Positions 36,869-46,911 of a stretch of 64,000 bases of DNA are shown here, one piece after another. The stretch comes from a virus. Lineage: Duplodnaviria; Caudoviricetes. Both the position numbers and the translations under genes were made by a program. A model generated the notes under the pieces. It saw only the letters and a list, made by a program, of their open reading frames with translations, was not told where the DNA came from and did no database searches. The DNA lies in the IMG/VR virus record IMGVR_UViG_3300009037_000004, positions 1-64,000 of that record, one strand, 5' to 3'. Numbering within the stretch: position 1 is the first letter of the stretch; each line of letters starts with the position of its first letter.

Positions 36869-38353
36869 ATGGCCAACGACGAACTTGTTCTACTCTCAAA
36901 GGTTCTGGAAGAGCAGGACATTCGACCTCTCACGGATGCCAACATCACGCTCAACCACTTCCAGACCGAAGACGGTCAACTGATCTACCGGCGTATCACG
37001 CGGTACTACAAGATGCCCAAGACCGCTGGTCTTGTCCCCTCCCGCGAATACATCGAGAAGAACTTCCCCACGGTCACGCTCCCCAAGCCGCCCAAGAAGA
37101 CGACGCTGAAGGCGCTGGTGGAGGAGTTCCTCCAAACCTATCTCCGTTCAGAGCTCCAGCTCATGGCGGACAGGATCGTGGAATCTCTGGCCAGCTCCGA
37201 TAACCCGGACACCACGCTGGACGAGGTGGGGGAGAAGTACCTGGAGCTATCGGCGAAACGGCGGATTAGCGAAGATCAGATCGTAGCTGACATTGCCAAG
37301 AACATCAAGGAACGCTACGACAGCGCAGCAGCAGGAGGACTCACCGGCATCCCCTACCCTTGGGACCATTTCAACCTGGAAAGCACGGGGTTCAACAACG
37401 GTGAATTTGTGCTCCTCTATGGCCGGCCCAAGTCCATGAAGACCTGGATCCTCCTGGTCTGTGCCTGCCACGCCTACGACTTTGCCAACCGGCGGGTTCT
37501 CATCTGCACAAGAGAGATGAAGCCGGAGGAGATCGCAGACCGCTGCATCTGTCTGCTCATTGAGGCTCCTTACCGAGCCTTCAAGCGCAAGACACTCGAT
37601 CAGATTCCTGTCCCGGAAGGCGGGACGATGTACGATCGATTCGCCCGCTATCTCGACACGATGAAGATAGACGAGAACACCTGCCGAATCGAGATGGGCA
37701 GAGACAAGTCTCTGATCATCACCAGTGACCGAGCTGACCCGAATGGTGGGGGTGTCTCCGGGCTGCGGCAGAAGATTCGGGACCACAGACCAGACGCGCT
37801 GTACGTGGACGGCTTGTACCTCATGCGGCATGAGGGCCGGCGATCTCCCAAGTGGAATGACCAGACAGCCATCGCGCAGGACATCCGAGATCTGGCCCTG
37901 GACGAAAACCTCCCCATCATGGGGACCAACCAGGCAAACCGTGACAGCGAAGATCGCGGTGGCAAGTCTGCCTCCAACATCTCCTATGCGGATGCCTACG
38001 GCCAGTCGTGCACCACCGCAATCGAGATCATGAAGAAGACGACGCCAGACCCCGAGGTGAACGAGCTGGCTCTGGCCATCACGGTCGCCCGGGAGATGAA
38101 CATCACCGGCTTCGCCATCAACGGGAATCCGGCCACTGACTTCGGATGTCTGATGACCAAGCAGCGCAACCTGGAGGGCAATGTGGTCGTAGACGAGGAC
38201 GGGAATCCAGTCTTGACGCCCCTCATCTTCCAGGAGTACTCCGACCTGAAGAACTTCTTCAAGGAGGAGGAAGAGCGTCCTCGTACCAAGTCCAAGATGG
38301 CTGATCATGCTCGGGAAGCCTGGAGGGAGTTGAAAGGGCGGAAAAGCTCGTGA
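36869..38353 (+). CDS. dnaB: DnaB-like replicative helicase
   Basis: GIPYPW, YGRPKSMKTW P-loop variant, TREM, YVDGLYLM and NQANR. Confidence 0.85.
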   Translation: MANDELVLLSKVLEEQDIRPLTDANITLNHFQTEDGQLIYRRITRYYKMPKTAGLVPSREYIEKNFPTVTLPKPPKKTTLKALVEEFLQTYLRSELQLMADRIVESLASSDNPDTTLDEVGEKYLELSAKRRISEDQIVADIAKNIKERYDSAAAGGLTGIPYPWDHFNLESTGFNNGEFVLLYGRPKSMKTWILLVCACHAYDFANRRVLICTREMKPEEIADRCICLLIEAPYRAFKRKTLDQIPVPEGGTMYDRFARYLDTMKIDENTCRIEMGRDKSLIITSDRADPNGGGVSGLRQKIRDHRPDALYVDGLYLMRHEGRRSPKWNDQTAIAQDIRDLALDENLPIMGTNQANRDSEDRGGKSASNISYADAYGQSCTTAIEIMKKTTPDPEVNELALAITVAREMNITGFAINGNPATDFGCLMTKQRNLEGNVVVDEDGNPVLTPLIFQEYSDLKNFFKEEEERPRTKSKMADHAREAWRELKGRKSS

Positions 38354-39342
38354 GGGACACCGTCCTTCGATCGGCCAAGAAATACCTGCGCTTCACCAGG
38401 ATGTCCGGGCCGAACAATGTCGGCGGCCCCTGCCCCTTCCACAAGCAAGGGGAAGAGAAGAAGCCGTCGTTCTACATGAATTTGTCAACAGGGGTCTACT
38501 ACTGCCACGCCTGCGGGGCCAAGGGGACGTTCATCCAATTCCTCCAGAAGATGGGGGCTCCCCGAGACCTGATCGACATGACGCTGGAGGAGGAGAAAAC
38601 CCGCCCTCGCCAGCCCCGCAGAGACGTTCACATCAACGCCGGAAGAGGCGATCACTTCCTGAACGAGTCCATTCTTGGCGTCTTCCAGTACCTTCCAACC
38701 AACTTGGTGAAGGAGGGATTCGACCCAAAACTGCTGAAGAAACTAGAGATTGGATTCGACAAGCACGCAATGCGTATCATCTTCCCAATTCGCGACCTGG
38801 AGGGGAGGCTGGTAGGACTGGCTGGACGCACTGTGTTGGGGGAGGGTGAAAAGTACCGTGTTTACAAGGCGCAGGACATCCTACCGTATGCCCCTGACGA
38901 CCCTGTAGTTCGAGCCAGATACGAGAAATACGACATCAAGAGCCACAACTTCCTGTGGAACGGCCACAACGTCTACCCGTTGGCTTTCTTCGACAAACTT
39001 GATACAGTCGTGGTGGTCGAAGGCTACAAAGCGTGTATCTGGTTGATCCAACACGACATCGACAACGTAGTCGCGCTTCAGGGAAGCCGAATGTCGGGAG
39101 CTCAGGAACGAATCTTCTCCCGGCTAGGCTGCACGATCATTCTGTTCCTCGACAACAACAAAGCAGGGAAGGAGGGAATGCTGGATACCGGCCGGAGGCT
39201 CAGACGAAGGGGTCTTCGGGTCTTGTGTGCGCGATACCCAGACTGGGCGGATGACCACACCCAGCCAGACAACCTTGATCAAGCCAGCCTTTTAGGGGTC
39301 CTTGACGCCGCCGTAGACTGGCACTTTTGGAGGTCAAGATGA
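38350..39342 (+). CDS. dnaG: DnaG-like primase
   Basis: CPFH...CHAC Zn finger, IIFPI..GR, TOPRIM motifs VVEGY and FLDNN.AG. Confidence 0.9.
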   Translation: MRDTVLRSAKKYLRFTRMSGPNNVGGPCPFHKQGEEKKPSFYMNLSTGVYYCHACGAKGTFIQFLQKMGAPRDLIDMTLEEEKTRPRQPRRDVHINAGRGDHFLNESILGVFQYLPTNLVKEGFDPKLLKKLEIGFDKHAMRIIFPIRDLEGRLVGLAGRTVLGEGEKYRVYKAQDILPYAPDDPVVRARYEKYDIKSHNFLWNGHNVYPLAFFDKLDTVVVVEGYKACIWLIQHDIDNVVALQGSRMSGAQERIFSRLGCTIILFLDNNKAGKEGMLDTGRRLRRRGLRVLCARYPDWADDHTQPDNLDQASLLGVLDAAVDWHFWRSR

Positions 39343-40472
39343 GCTATTCAGCGAAGAGAAGTTCCTTCGGACAGCGCGTCCAGGGATACAACACGAGGAG
39401 AAGCGAGAGCTCGGGTGGGGGCAGGGGCGGGGGTCTCAGCATCCGGTGGAGACACCGCTGGGCACCGCCTGTGGGGGTCACCACCCAGGCCATCCTCCTC
39501 CCCGGCAACTACCTCAACATGGAAGGAGAGGAGACCGAGTACTTCCCCTACGTCGATCACTTCGCGGCCCGCTCGAACAGGGGCTTCATCTGCTCGAAGA
39601 AGTACCAGATCGTGGACGGGGAACTGACGAGCGTGGGCGGCAAGTGCCTGGGGTGCAAGGAGAGGGAAGGGGGTGCCGATGACATCCGCTGGAGCATGAA
39701 GCACGCCTTCAACGTCCTCCACCTCGCCTGGTACCACAAGGTTCCGGCCGAAGACGAACACGGCCGGCCCATCAAATACACGAAGGGGAAGCGCACGGGC
39801 GAGCAGATCATGAACGATGAGATCTGCGAAGGTCGCCGCTGCCCCCACTGCGCCGCCAAGCTCGACAAGTTCTTCGGCCGCAAGGTCCACTGGAGCATCG
39901 GCTCCGGTCACATGAGCGAACTCGCGGGCATCGTGTCCGAGATCGAGAAGGACTGCAAGAGCTGCGGGGAAGGCCGCCTGGAGACTGTCTCCTACGAGTG
40001 CGACAAGTGTGGCTTCCCGCTCATCGACATGCAGACCACGGAGATGAAGCTGGAGGACATCCTCAGCTTCGTGGCCCGCAAGCGCGAGTGCCCCAAGTGC
40101 GGCAACGTCGCGATCCCCCTCAAGCAGGTGGAGTGTGACCACTGCCAGGACCCCAAGCCGCTGTCGATCTTCGACTGCGAGCTGGAGATCAAGCGCCAGG
40201 GTGAGGGCACCAACTCGACCGTCCAGGTTCCCAGATGGACCGCCATCGACATCATGTCCTACAAGGATAAGGTCGATGACTTCGAGGAGAAGATCAAGCC
40301 GTTCGTCTTCAAGAAGATCTTCTGCTCCGATCCGTTCGACATCCAGGCGAAGATCCTGAAGATCAAGAACCCCTGGGGCTCCGAGAATCCCGATGCGGAC
40401 AAGCACGCGAAGGGGTACGAAGAGGGCGAAGGAGGAGAGGGAGAAGAGGGCGACCCCGACTACAACGAGTAG
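39339..40472 (+). CDS. Putative single-stranded DNA-binding protein with multiple Zn ribbons
   Basis: Lies between primase and polymerase; acidic C-terminal tail, highly biased codons, many CxxC pairs. Confidence 0.55.
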   Translation: MSYSAKRSSFGQRVQGYNTRRSESSGGGRGGGLSIRWRHRWAPPVGVTTQAILLPGNYLNMEGEETEYFPYVDHFAARSNRGFICSKKYQIVDGELTSVGGKCLGCKEREGGADDIRWSMKHAFNVLHLAWYHKVPAEDEHGRPIKYTKGKRTGEQIMNDEICEGRRCPHCAAKLDKFFGRKVHWSIGSGHMSELAGIVSEIEKDCKSCGEGRLETVSYECDKCGFPLIDMQTTEMKLEDILSFVARKRECPKCGNVAIPLKQVECDHCQDPKPLSIFDCELEIKRQGEGTNSTVQVPRWTAIDIMSYKDKVDDFEEKIKPFVFKKIFCSDPFDIQAKILKIKNPWGSENPDADKHAKGYEEGEGGEGEEGDPDYNE

Positions 40473-40478
40473 CCTGAC

Positions 40479-40516
40479 AGACACCCCCTCCTGTGGCGGG
40501 AGGGGGTGTCTCTTTT
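40479..40516 (+). terminator. Intrinsic terminator
   Basis: 13-bp perfect stem AGACACCCCCTCC/GGAGGGGGTGTCT followed by CTTTT. Confidence 0.8.
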
Positions 40517-40527
40517 GTGGAGGACCA

Positions 40528-42510
40528 ATGGGAACCCAGTACGTTCCACCCGTCACCTGGGTGGATGACCCCGAATCGTTCATGCAGTTTGCCCGGCATG
40601 TCCAGGACACTCGGGAGTGCGCGGTGGACACGGAGACCACTGGACTCAATCGTGCCCGGGACCACGTCAAGTTCTGGTCAGCTTGCCCCGACATCAACTC
40701 CCGCTACTGCCTCTCCCGCGATATGCTCGAGCTGTTCGGGCAAGAGCTTGCCTCCGACCTGGACCTCACCTGGTATTTCACCAACCAGAACTTCGACTTC
40801 GCGATGATGGAGAACTCCGGCATCAAGGCGCCCAAGGGAGACTGCTACGATACCCTGGCCATGGACTGGCTGGTGGACGAGAACCGACAGGGCCGTCACG
40901 GTCTAAAAGAGACGGCTCTCGATCACCTCGGTCTGAACATGCGGGAGTTCAAGGAAGCCTTCAAAGGTCGAAAGAAGGGGGAGTCGATCCCAGAACGGCT
41001 TGACCGGGCCATGCGGGAAGACCCGGACTCGGCCAAATCCTACGCGGCCCTGGATGCCTGGGCTACCTTCCGCGTGTACCACTGTCTCAAGGAGAAGCTT
41101 GAGCAGCTCCACAGCATGGACGGCATGTGCCTCTGGGACTACTTCCAGGAGGTGGAGATGCCGTTCACCCGCGTGCTCTACAACTGCTGCCGCCGCGGCG
41201 TCATGGTGGACATCGGCTACCTGACCGAACTCAGCCCGAAGATCGAGGTCGAGATGGTAGCTATCCAGAAGACGATCAACAGGATCGCGGGCAGGGAAGT
41301 TAACATCAGGAGTACCCCACAGCTCCGCGATCTGTTCTTCGACACGCTCGGGTTGAAGCCCATCAAGATGACGACTGGCGGAGACAGTGGGAACAGGCAG
41401 CCCTCCACGGATGAAAGCTGCTTGCAGATCTGGGCAGATCAGGGTGTGGAAGTCGCAGTCTTGATGCTCCAGTACCGCGAGCTGGCCAAGATGAAAGGCA
41501 CCTACGTGGACGGGCTGAGAAAGTGGGTGGACGACGACTACCGGATTCACCCCACGCTCACCCAGCACGTCACGGTCACCGGACGTCTTTCGTCCGTGGA
41601 CCCCAACCTCCAGAACATCCCCCGGCCGGATGGCGACAAGTTCGGCATCCGCACGGCCTTCATACCCAAAGACAAGCACGCCCTCCTGGTGGTGGACTAC
41701 GAGCAGCTCGAGATGCGGCTCATGGCTCACTTCTCCCAGGACCCCAACATGATCGACGTCATCCGCAAAGGCTGGGACATCCACGCCGGGACTGGCTCGC
41801 TCATGTACAACTACGACTACGATGCGATCATCGCCGCCGGCAAGAAGAAGAAATCGAATGCCAAGGCGAAGGAACAGGGCCTGCCCTACACGGAACTGAC
41901 CGAGCTCGAGAAGGGCATGATCTTCGCCAGGCAAGCCGCCAAGACTATCGGCTTCGGATTGAACTACGGCGAGGGGCCCCAGAAGCTGGGCAAGTCGCTG
42001 GGAGTGGGAGTGGAGGAAGCCAAGGCGCTGATCCAGAAGTACTTCGCGCCCTACCCCCGAGTCCGGGAGTTCATCGAGGGCGTCCACAACTACATCCTCG
42101 ACCACGCGATGGTCGAAACCATCCTGGGCCGTCCGCGTCGCTTCCACGAACTCCCCGCCATCGGGGAGCTGCTGGACAAGATGAGTCGGTGGAAGCTCCC
42201 CGGCTCGGCCAGGAAGAACCTCGCCCAAGCAGAACGCCAGAGCGTCAACTCGGTCATCCAGGGTTCTGCGGCAGATGTGGCGAAGATGGCTATGATCAAG
42301 TGCGAGTTCGACCACCGACTTCGGAATCTCGGAGTCGAGATGCTCCTCCAGGTCCACGATGAACTACTCTTCGAAGTCCCGGAAGAGAACGTGGACGAGG
42401 CCAAGAAAATCGTTCTGGAGCTGATGGAACACCCGTTCGGTGACGACCTCCTGGTCCCACTGAATGCGGATGCTGGAGTCGGGTTTTCTTGGGCAACGGC
42501 GAAGGCGTAG
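40528..42510 (+). CDS. polA: Family A DNA polymerase with 3'-5' exonuclease
   Basis: DTETTG, TGRLSS.DPNLQNIP, DYEQLEMR, KTIGFGLNYG and QVHDEL motifs. Confidence 0.95.
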   Translation: MGTQYVPPVTWVDDPESFMQFARHVQDTRECAVDTETTGLNRARDHVKFWSACPDINSRYCLSRDMLELFGQELASDLDLTWYFTNQNFDFAMMENSGIKAPKGDCYDTLAMDWLVDENRQGRHGLKETALDHLGLNMREFKEAFKGRKKGESIPERLDRAMREDPDSAKSYAALDAWATFRVYHCLKEKLEQLHSMDGMCLWDYFQEVEMPFTRVLYNCCRRGVMVDIGYLTELSPKIEVEMVAIQKTINRIAGREVNIRSTPQLRDLFFDTLGLKPIKMTTGGDSGNRQPSTDESCLQIWADQGVEVAVLMLQYRELAKMKGTYVDGLRKWVDDDYRIHPTLTQHVTVTGRLSSVDPNLQNIPRPDGDKFGIRTAFIPKDKHALLVVDYEQLEMRLMAHFSQDPNMIDVIRKGWDIHAGTGSLMYNYDYDAIIAAGKKKKSNAKAKEQGLPYTELTELEKGMIFARQAAKTIGFGLNYGEGPQKLGKSLGVGVEEAKALIQKYFAPYPRVREFIEGVHNYILDHAMVETILGRPRRFHELPAIGELLDKMSRWKLPGSARKNLAQAERQSVNSVIQGSAADVAKMAMIKCEFDHRLRNLGVEMLLQVHDELLFEVPEENVDEAKKIVLELMEHPFGDDLLVPLNADAGVGFSWATAKA

Positions 42511-42513
42511 ACC

Positions 42514-42921
42514 ATGGAATACCAAGAACTAATCGAAGCCGTAGCCGGACAGACCAAGTACACCAAGCGGGAGATCCGCAAGATCATGCGCCTGGTAGCG
42601 AGGACAATCCGGGAAGCTATGGGACGGGGGCGAGACGTCCAGTACCACGGCCTCGGTCGGTTCGTGAACGTGCTGGAAAAGGCACGGAAGGGACGGAACC
42701 GCTACACTGGGGAGGCCATCATCATCCCTCCCCGCCGCCGTGTTCGCTTCCGGCCCAACGAAGTTCTTCGCATCATGGTGGCGCAGTCCCAGGAGGTCTT
42801 CAAGGAACCCGACCTCCGTGAACGATTTGGCCTAAAGAAAGGAGCCAACGATGGAAAAGTACGCAGTGGAGATCGACCCAAAGAAGGTGCCAACGGAAAA
42901 GAAGGCCGGGGCGGGGGATAA
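42514..42921 (+). CDS. HU/IHF-like DNA-binding protein
   Basis: ELIEAVA, GLGRF and ARKGRNRYTGEAIIIP..RVRFRP. Confidence 0.85.
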   Translation: MEYQELIEAVAGQTKYTKREIRKIMRLVARTIREAMGRGRDVQYHGLGRFVNVLEKARKGRNRYTGEAIIIPPRRRVRFRPNEVLRIMVAQSQEVFKEPDLRERFGLKKGANDGKVRSGDRPKEGANGKEGRGGG

Positions 42922-43015
42922 GGATCCTCACCCGAACACGAACATACCCCTCGATCCCGATCTCGGAAGTGAACCGTACGAAAGGAGGCCAGACAAGGAT
43001 GGCAAAGAAGGCTGA
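42851..43015 (+). CDS. 54-aa hypothetical protein overlapping the HU-like gene end and recA start
   Basis: AAAGGAG RBS; MEKYAVEIDPKKVPTEKKAG...GSEPYE. Confidence 0.45.
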   Translation: MEKYAVEIDPKKVPTEKKAGAGDKDPHPNTNIPLDPDLGSEPYERRPDKDGKEG

Positions 43016-44336
43016 GAAGACCGAGAACCGACCCACCCGGTTGCCGAAGATGGACATGGACGACCTCGTGGAGGGCATCACCGCGGAGCTGGGCGGTTAT
43101 GGAGTGGTACTCCAACGCGGTTCGGAGCTGGAAGGGCGCTTCGACCTCCGGCGGCCCTGCGGAATCCCCTCCCTGGACATCGCCACTGGCGGTGGGCTCG
43201 CAGCGGGGGGGCTATCTCAGATCGATGGGCCAGACGGAGCCGGGAAGAACCTGCTGATCTACAACTACTTCGCCCAGGTGCAAAGACTCTACGGGGACTC
43301 CACCAGGATCTTCATGCTCTGCATGGAGTTCCCGTTCGACAAGATGTACGCCCGGAAGATCGGCTTCCGGGTTCCCTTCTCCAACTACGAGCTCGAGGTG
43401 GAGGCACGACGCCGGAGGGAGGCCGGGGAAGAGCCCCTTACAGTACAGGAGTGCCACGAGCTTCAGGACAAGAAGGGGTGCGGTGAGTTTCTGGTTCTGC
43501 GGGGAGCGGCGGAGGGGAACCTAGATGCTCTCGTCCGCATGATCTGGTCCAACGCCTTCCAGATTGGAGCGGTGGACTCCTGGGACTCGATGCTCACCGC
43601 GGCTGAAGATGAGGCCGACTTGGCTGATGACCCCCGCATCGCCAGCTCCTCCTCCGTCCAGACGAAGTGGATGAAGAAGGTGCAGGGGGCAATGGCTCCC
43701 CGGAAGCGGTGCCCGGAGTGCTACGAGCTGGAGATCGAGTTCAAGAAGCACAGTGAGACCAGCTACGGCTACACCTGCAAGAGTTGTGGATGGAAGGGGA
43801 AGCGGCCGTTCCTGGAAGAGAACGAGACCACGATCATCGGTATCCGTCAGGTTCGGGCCAACCTGAACAAGGCCGGGATGCGCTCGAGGGAATGGAAAGT
43901 GGGTGGGGCCTGGGCGCTCAAGCACGGCAAGCTGGTAGACATCCAGCTCCGTCCAGGGGAGATCCTCTACACCAAGGACGGCAAGACCAAGATCGGTAAG
44001 GAAATCAACTGGGAGATCACCAAGGGGAAGGCAGGGACGCACGAGGGGATCACGGGGGCCTTCAAGTACTTCTTCGAGCCACCCGAGATCGACATCGACT
44101 CGGACTTCATCAACTACTGCACCTCGAAGAGCATCATTCGGCGAGGTGGGTCTGTCTACTACGTCGATCATGGTGGTGCCCTTCCCAACGAGGACGACCC
44201 GCTGAAGTTCAGTGGGAAGGACGCGCTGATGGATGCATTCGATGATCCCAAGCTGGGGCTGAAGAACCTTCTGTGGAAGATGATGCTGAAGGACGCCGGT
44301 CTCCAGCATGTCCGCCACAAGGACGTCGAGGGATGA
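42999..44336 (+). CDS. recA: RecA-like recombinase with Zn-ribbon insert
   Basis: GIPSLDIATGGG, GPDGAGKN, VDSWD, IRQVR and GGAWALKH; CPEC...CKSC insert. Confidence 0.85.
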   Translation: MAKKAEKTENRPTRLPKMDMDDLVEGITAELGGYGVVLQRGSELEGRFDLRRPCGIPSLDIATGGGLAAGGLSQIDGPDGAGKNLLIYNYFAQVQRLYGDSTRIFMLCMEFPFDKMYARKIGFRVPFSNYELEVEARRRREAGEEPLTVQECHELQDKKGCGEFLVLRGAAEGNLDALVRMIWSNAFQIGAVDSWDSMLTAAEDEADLADDPRIASSSSVQTKWMKKVQGAMAPRKRCPECYELEIEFKKHSETSYGYTCKSCGWKGKRPFLEENETTIIGIRQVRANLNKAGMRSREWKVGGAWALKHGKLVDIQLRPGEILYTKDGKTKIGKEINWEITKGKAGTHEGITGAFKYFFEPPEIDIDSDFINYCTSKSIIRRGGSVYYVDHGGALPNEDDPLKFSGKDALMDAFDDPKLGLKNLLWKMMLKDAGLQHVRHKDVEG

Positions 44337-44860
44337 AGGTTGAGCTGGTAATCAGATACCTGGGATTCGGAAGGCAGTGCTCGGGATGCGGCAGAGTCAG
44401 AGAGACGACCAGATACCAGATCCGCGACCAGGCGGAGCACATCCTACAGGAGTTCCTGCTCTGCGATGGCTGTCAGGACAACGGGTACGTGGTCGAGTTC
44501 GAGCCCGCCCGCTCCTCCTCTCCTGTCACCAAGCAGGAGAGGAGGCGGCGGATCAAGATCTCCCAGAAGCTGGAGAAGGGGCTAGCCCTGGACATTGGCG
44601 GCCACACCCAGCCTGGCTCTGGAAACCAGGACGCGAAAGACGACGTACGAAAGATCGACGAGTGGCGAGTTGAGCACAAATACACGGAAAGTACGAAAGG
44701 CTTCCGGTTGCTCGTGGATCAGCTCGCGGCTGTCGTTCGGCATGCGAACATTGCGGGCGAGTGGCCGGCACTCGTCATCACCTTCAGGCGACTTGGCCGA
44801 AAGTTCGCCGTCATCCCTTATGAACTCTTCATCGAGATCGCGAGGAAAACACATGGCTGA
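44333..44860 (+). CDS. Zn finger plus Hjc-like PD-(D/E)xK resolvase
   Basis: CSGC...CDGC, then E...GG...PGSG...KDD...VEHKYT. Confidence 0.65.
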   Translation: MKVELVIRYLGFGRQCSGCGRVRETTRYQIRDQAEHILQEFLLCDGCQDNGYVVEFEPARSSSPVTKQERRRRIKISQKLEKGLALDIGGHTQPGSGNQDAKDDVRKIDEWRVEHKYTESTKGFRLLVDQLAAVVRHANIAGEWPALVITFRRLGRKFAVIPYELFIEIARKTHG

Positions 44861-45734
44861 GACTCTTCTGACCATCGAGGACGCCAAGCGGCACCTCGGC
44901 CCGGGCGGTAAGATCAAGGATCTCGTCCGGCACATCTCCGTGGTTTCACGGATCGATGCATTTCTGGAAGACCTGAATGTGGAACCACCAGCTCCACTGA
45001 AGGTCTCCTTCGATCTCAACTCCATCCGGCATGGAAGCATCTTCCATCCGTCAAGCATCGGAAGCACCTCGGGAAAGTCCCTCGATGGGAAGTACTCCAT
45101 CGGGTGTGCCCGGCTCCTCTACTACGACTACATCGGAGCGGAACAAACTGGGGCCATCGAACCCAGACTCCGAAGGATCTTCGACACCGGCTCTGCAATC
45201 CATGCCCAACTCCAGGCGTACCTGGGGGAGATTGTCAGAAGAAGTGAGGGCGTCGAGGAGTTCACGCCCGAAGCGTTCTTCCACCCGGGCAACAACAAGG
45301 CCGCCGACTCCTACGACATCGCGGGGAGTACGGACGGCATCTACGTCATGCATGAGCCTGCCAACATCCGCTTCGGTGTGGAGATCAAGTCGATCAACGA
45401 TGCGGGATATCAGAAGACCACGAACCCACACGCTGAGCACCTCATGCAGGGCACCGTCTACCAGCACTGCCTCGACCTCCCGGCGATGCTGTTCGTCTAC
45501 TACAACAAGAACGACTCCAGCATGGCCGAGTTCGTCCAGGTCTACGATGAACGGCGCTGGGATGCCATCGCCAAGAAGCTCGACCGCGTGCGAGAGATGG
45601 CCCTCAAGGAGGAGGAGCCGGAGCGCGAGGACGGCTGGCACTGCATGACCTGCAAGTACAAGGCGATCTGCAATCCGCCCAAGAAGAGCAAGAACGAGGG
45701 CGCCAAGATGTTCAACACGAGCAGGAGGCGCTGA
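44853..45734 (+). CDS. Cas4-like PD-(D/E)xK exonuclease
   Basis: HPSS..C.R, GSAIH, GSTDG, EIKS, Q..VY and C-terminal CxxCxxxxxC. Confidence 0.8.
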   Translation: MAETLLTIEDAKRHLGPGGKIKDLVRHISVVSRIDAFLEDLNVEPPAPLKVSFDLNSIRHGSIFHPSSIGSTSGKSLDGKYSIGCARLLYYDYIGAEQTGAIEPRLRRIFDTGSAIHAQLQAYLGEIVRRSEGVEEFTPEAFFHPGNNKAADSYDIAGSTDGIYVMHEPANIRFGVEIKSINDAGYQKTTNPHAEHLMQGTVYQHCLDLPAMLFVYYNKNDSSMAEFVQVYDERRWDAIAKKLDRVREMALKEEEPEREDGWHCMTCKYKAICNPPKKSKNEGAKMFNTSRRR

Positions 45735-46372
45735 TGCCGAATCCCTTTGAAGTCACGCTGGACCGGGCCATCGAGATCTACGATGAAGCCGGGGACCAAG
45801 CTGAAGCGGATGTGATCAAGATGGGACTACCACTTGCAGTCCGACCGATAAGACGGGATGGAACGCTGGCGGACTCCCCCCAGCCTCCCATCGACCTCAG
45901 CGAGGCGAGATACGCCGAACTCACTACCCTGATCGGGCAGTTCACCGCCTGGTACTCCTACGCCATCAGCCAACTGAAGATTGCGGAGGGGGAGAGGAAC
46001 AGGGCTCAGAAGAAGCGGGACGTTGCCTGGTCACACATCCGGCAGAAGAAGGACGGAACAGTGTCGGACAAGGACGATGCAGCTAGGCTAGACAAGCGGT
46101 TCTTGGACGTGGACGCCCACTACGAGTACTGCGACAGCAAGGTCCGACACCTCACTGCCATCACGGAAGGCTACAAGCGTGAGATCGAAACCGTCTCCAG
46201 GGCCTTCTCCGCCCTTGACGGGAAGGCCAACGTGGAGGGACGTGGAGCCACCTTCGCCAGGAAGCGGTCGGCAGAGGTAGCTGGGGACGCATTCAAAACG
46301 TCCCGGAGATCTGAGCAACCTCACGAATCGAAACGGTCCGCACTGGACGTGTTCAAGAAGGGACGACGATGA
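45734..46372 (+). CDS. Coiled-coil protein, possible recombination mediator
   Basis: Helical protein in a recombination cluster. The function is inferred from context. Confidence 0.5.
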   Translation: MPNPFEVTLDRAIEIYDEAGDQAEADVIKMGLPLAVRPIRRDGTLADSPQPPIDLSEARYAELTTLIGQFTAWYSYAISQLKIAEGERNRAQKKRDVAWSHIRQKKDGTVSDKDDAARLDKRFLDVDAHYEYCDSKVRHLTAITEGYKREIETVSRAFSALDGKANVEGRGATFARKRSAEVAGDAFKTSRRSEQPHESKRSALDVFKKGRR

Positions 46373-46911
46373 TCTTCAGGGTTTGGATTCCACGGCTGCC
46401 CCCTTCTTCGAACAACATCTACATCCGCCACCCGGCGGGCAAGGGAAGAGTCCTGAGCCCACAGGCCAGGACGTTCAAGCTCAAGGCGATGCAGGCGATC
46501 CAAGACGGAGCGAAGGTGGCCCTCCTGAAGCTGGAGAAGAACGTCCCGTACGAGCTCCACCTGGCGGTGTTCTTCGAACAGGTGGAAAACAAAGCATCGA
46601 CCAAGGGCAATCGCTACAAGCAGATGGACCTGAGCAACCGGATCAAGCTGATCGAAGATACGGTTGCATCAGCCATCGGGCTTGATGACTGCCACAACTT
46701 TCGCACGTCGCAGGAGAAACACTGCGACCCAGAACACCCAGGTCTCTACGTCACGCTCAGTCGGGTCCCGGAGGCCGAGGTGGGAATGACAAAGGAGGCT
46801 TATGATCGAGTACGATTACAACAACCTGAACGAGACCGAGCTAGTCGAGCTGGCGCGACATCACGGCTGTTGGGTAGGTCACCGTGGGTTAGGAAGGGAG
46901 CTTCTCATTAA
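46369..46911 (+). CDS. rusA: RusA-like Holliday junction resolvase
   Basis: PPSSNNIY and DLSNRIKLIED...GLDD. Confidence 0.75.
   Translation: MIFRVWIPRLPPSSNNIYIRHPAGKGRVLSPQARTFKLKAMQAIQDGAKVALLKLEKNVPYELHLAVFFEQVENKASTKGNRYKQMDLSNRIKLIEDTVASAIGLDDCHNFRTSQEKHCDPEHPGLYVTLSRVPEAEVGMTKEAYDRVRLQQPERDRASRAGATSRLLGRSPWVRKGASH

Noticed and set aside
40903-42357. Long antisense ORFs (also 10237-11520, 35335-36390, 37247-38308, 39348-40697, 13079-14077)
   Set aside because: Shadow frames of GC3-biased real genes, with no RBS or recognisable motifs.
42915-42925. GGATAAG near-matches to the promoter motif (also near 32448 and 40264)
   Set aside because: They lie within coding sequence as Asp-Lys codons and lack the GG[T/C]ATAAG core.
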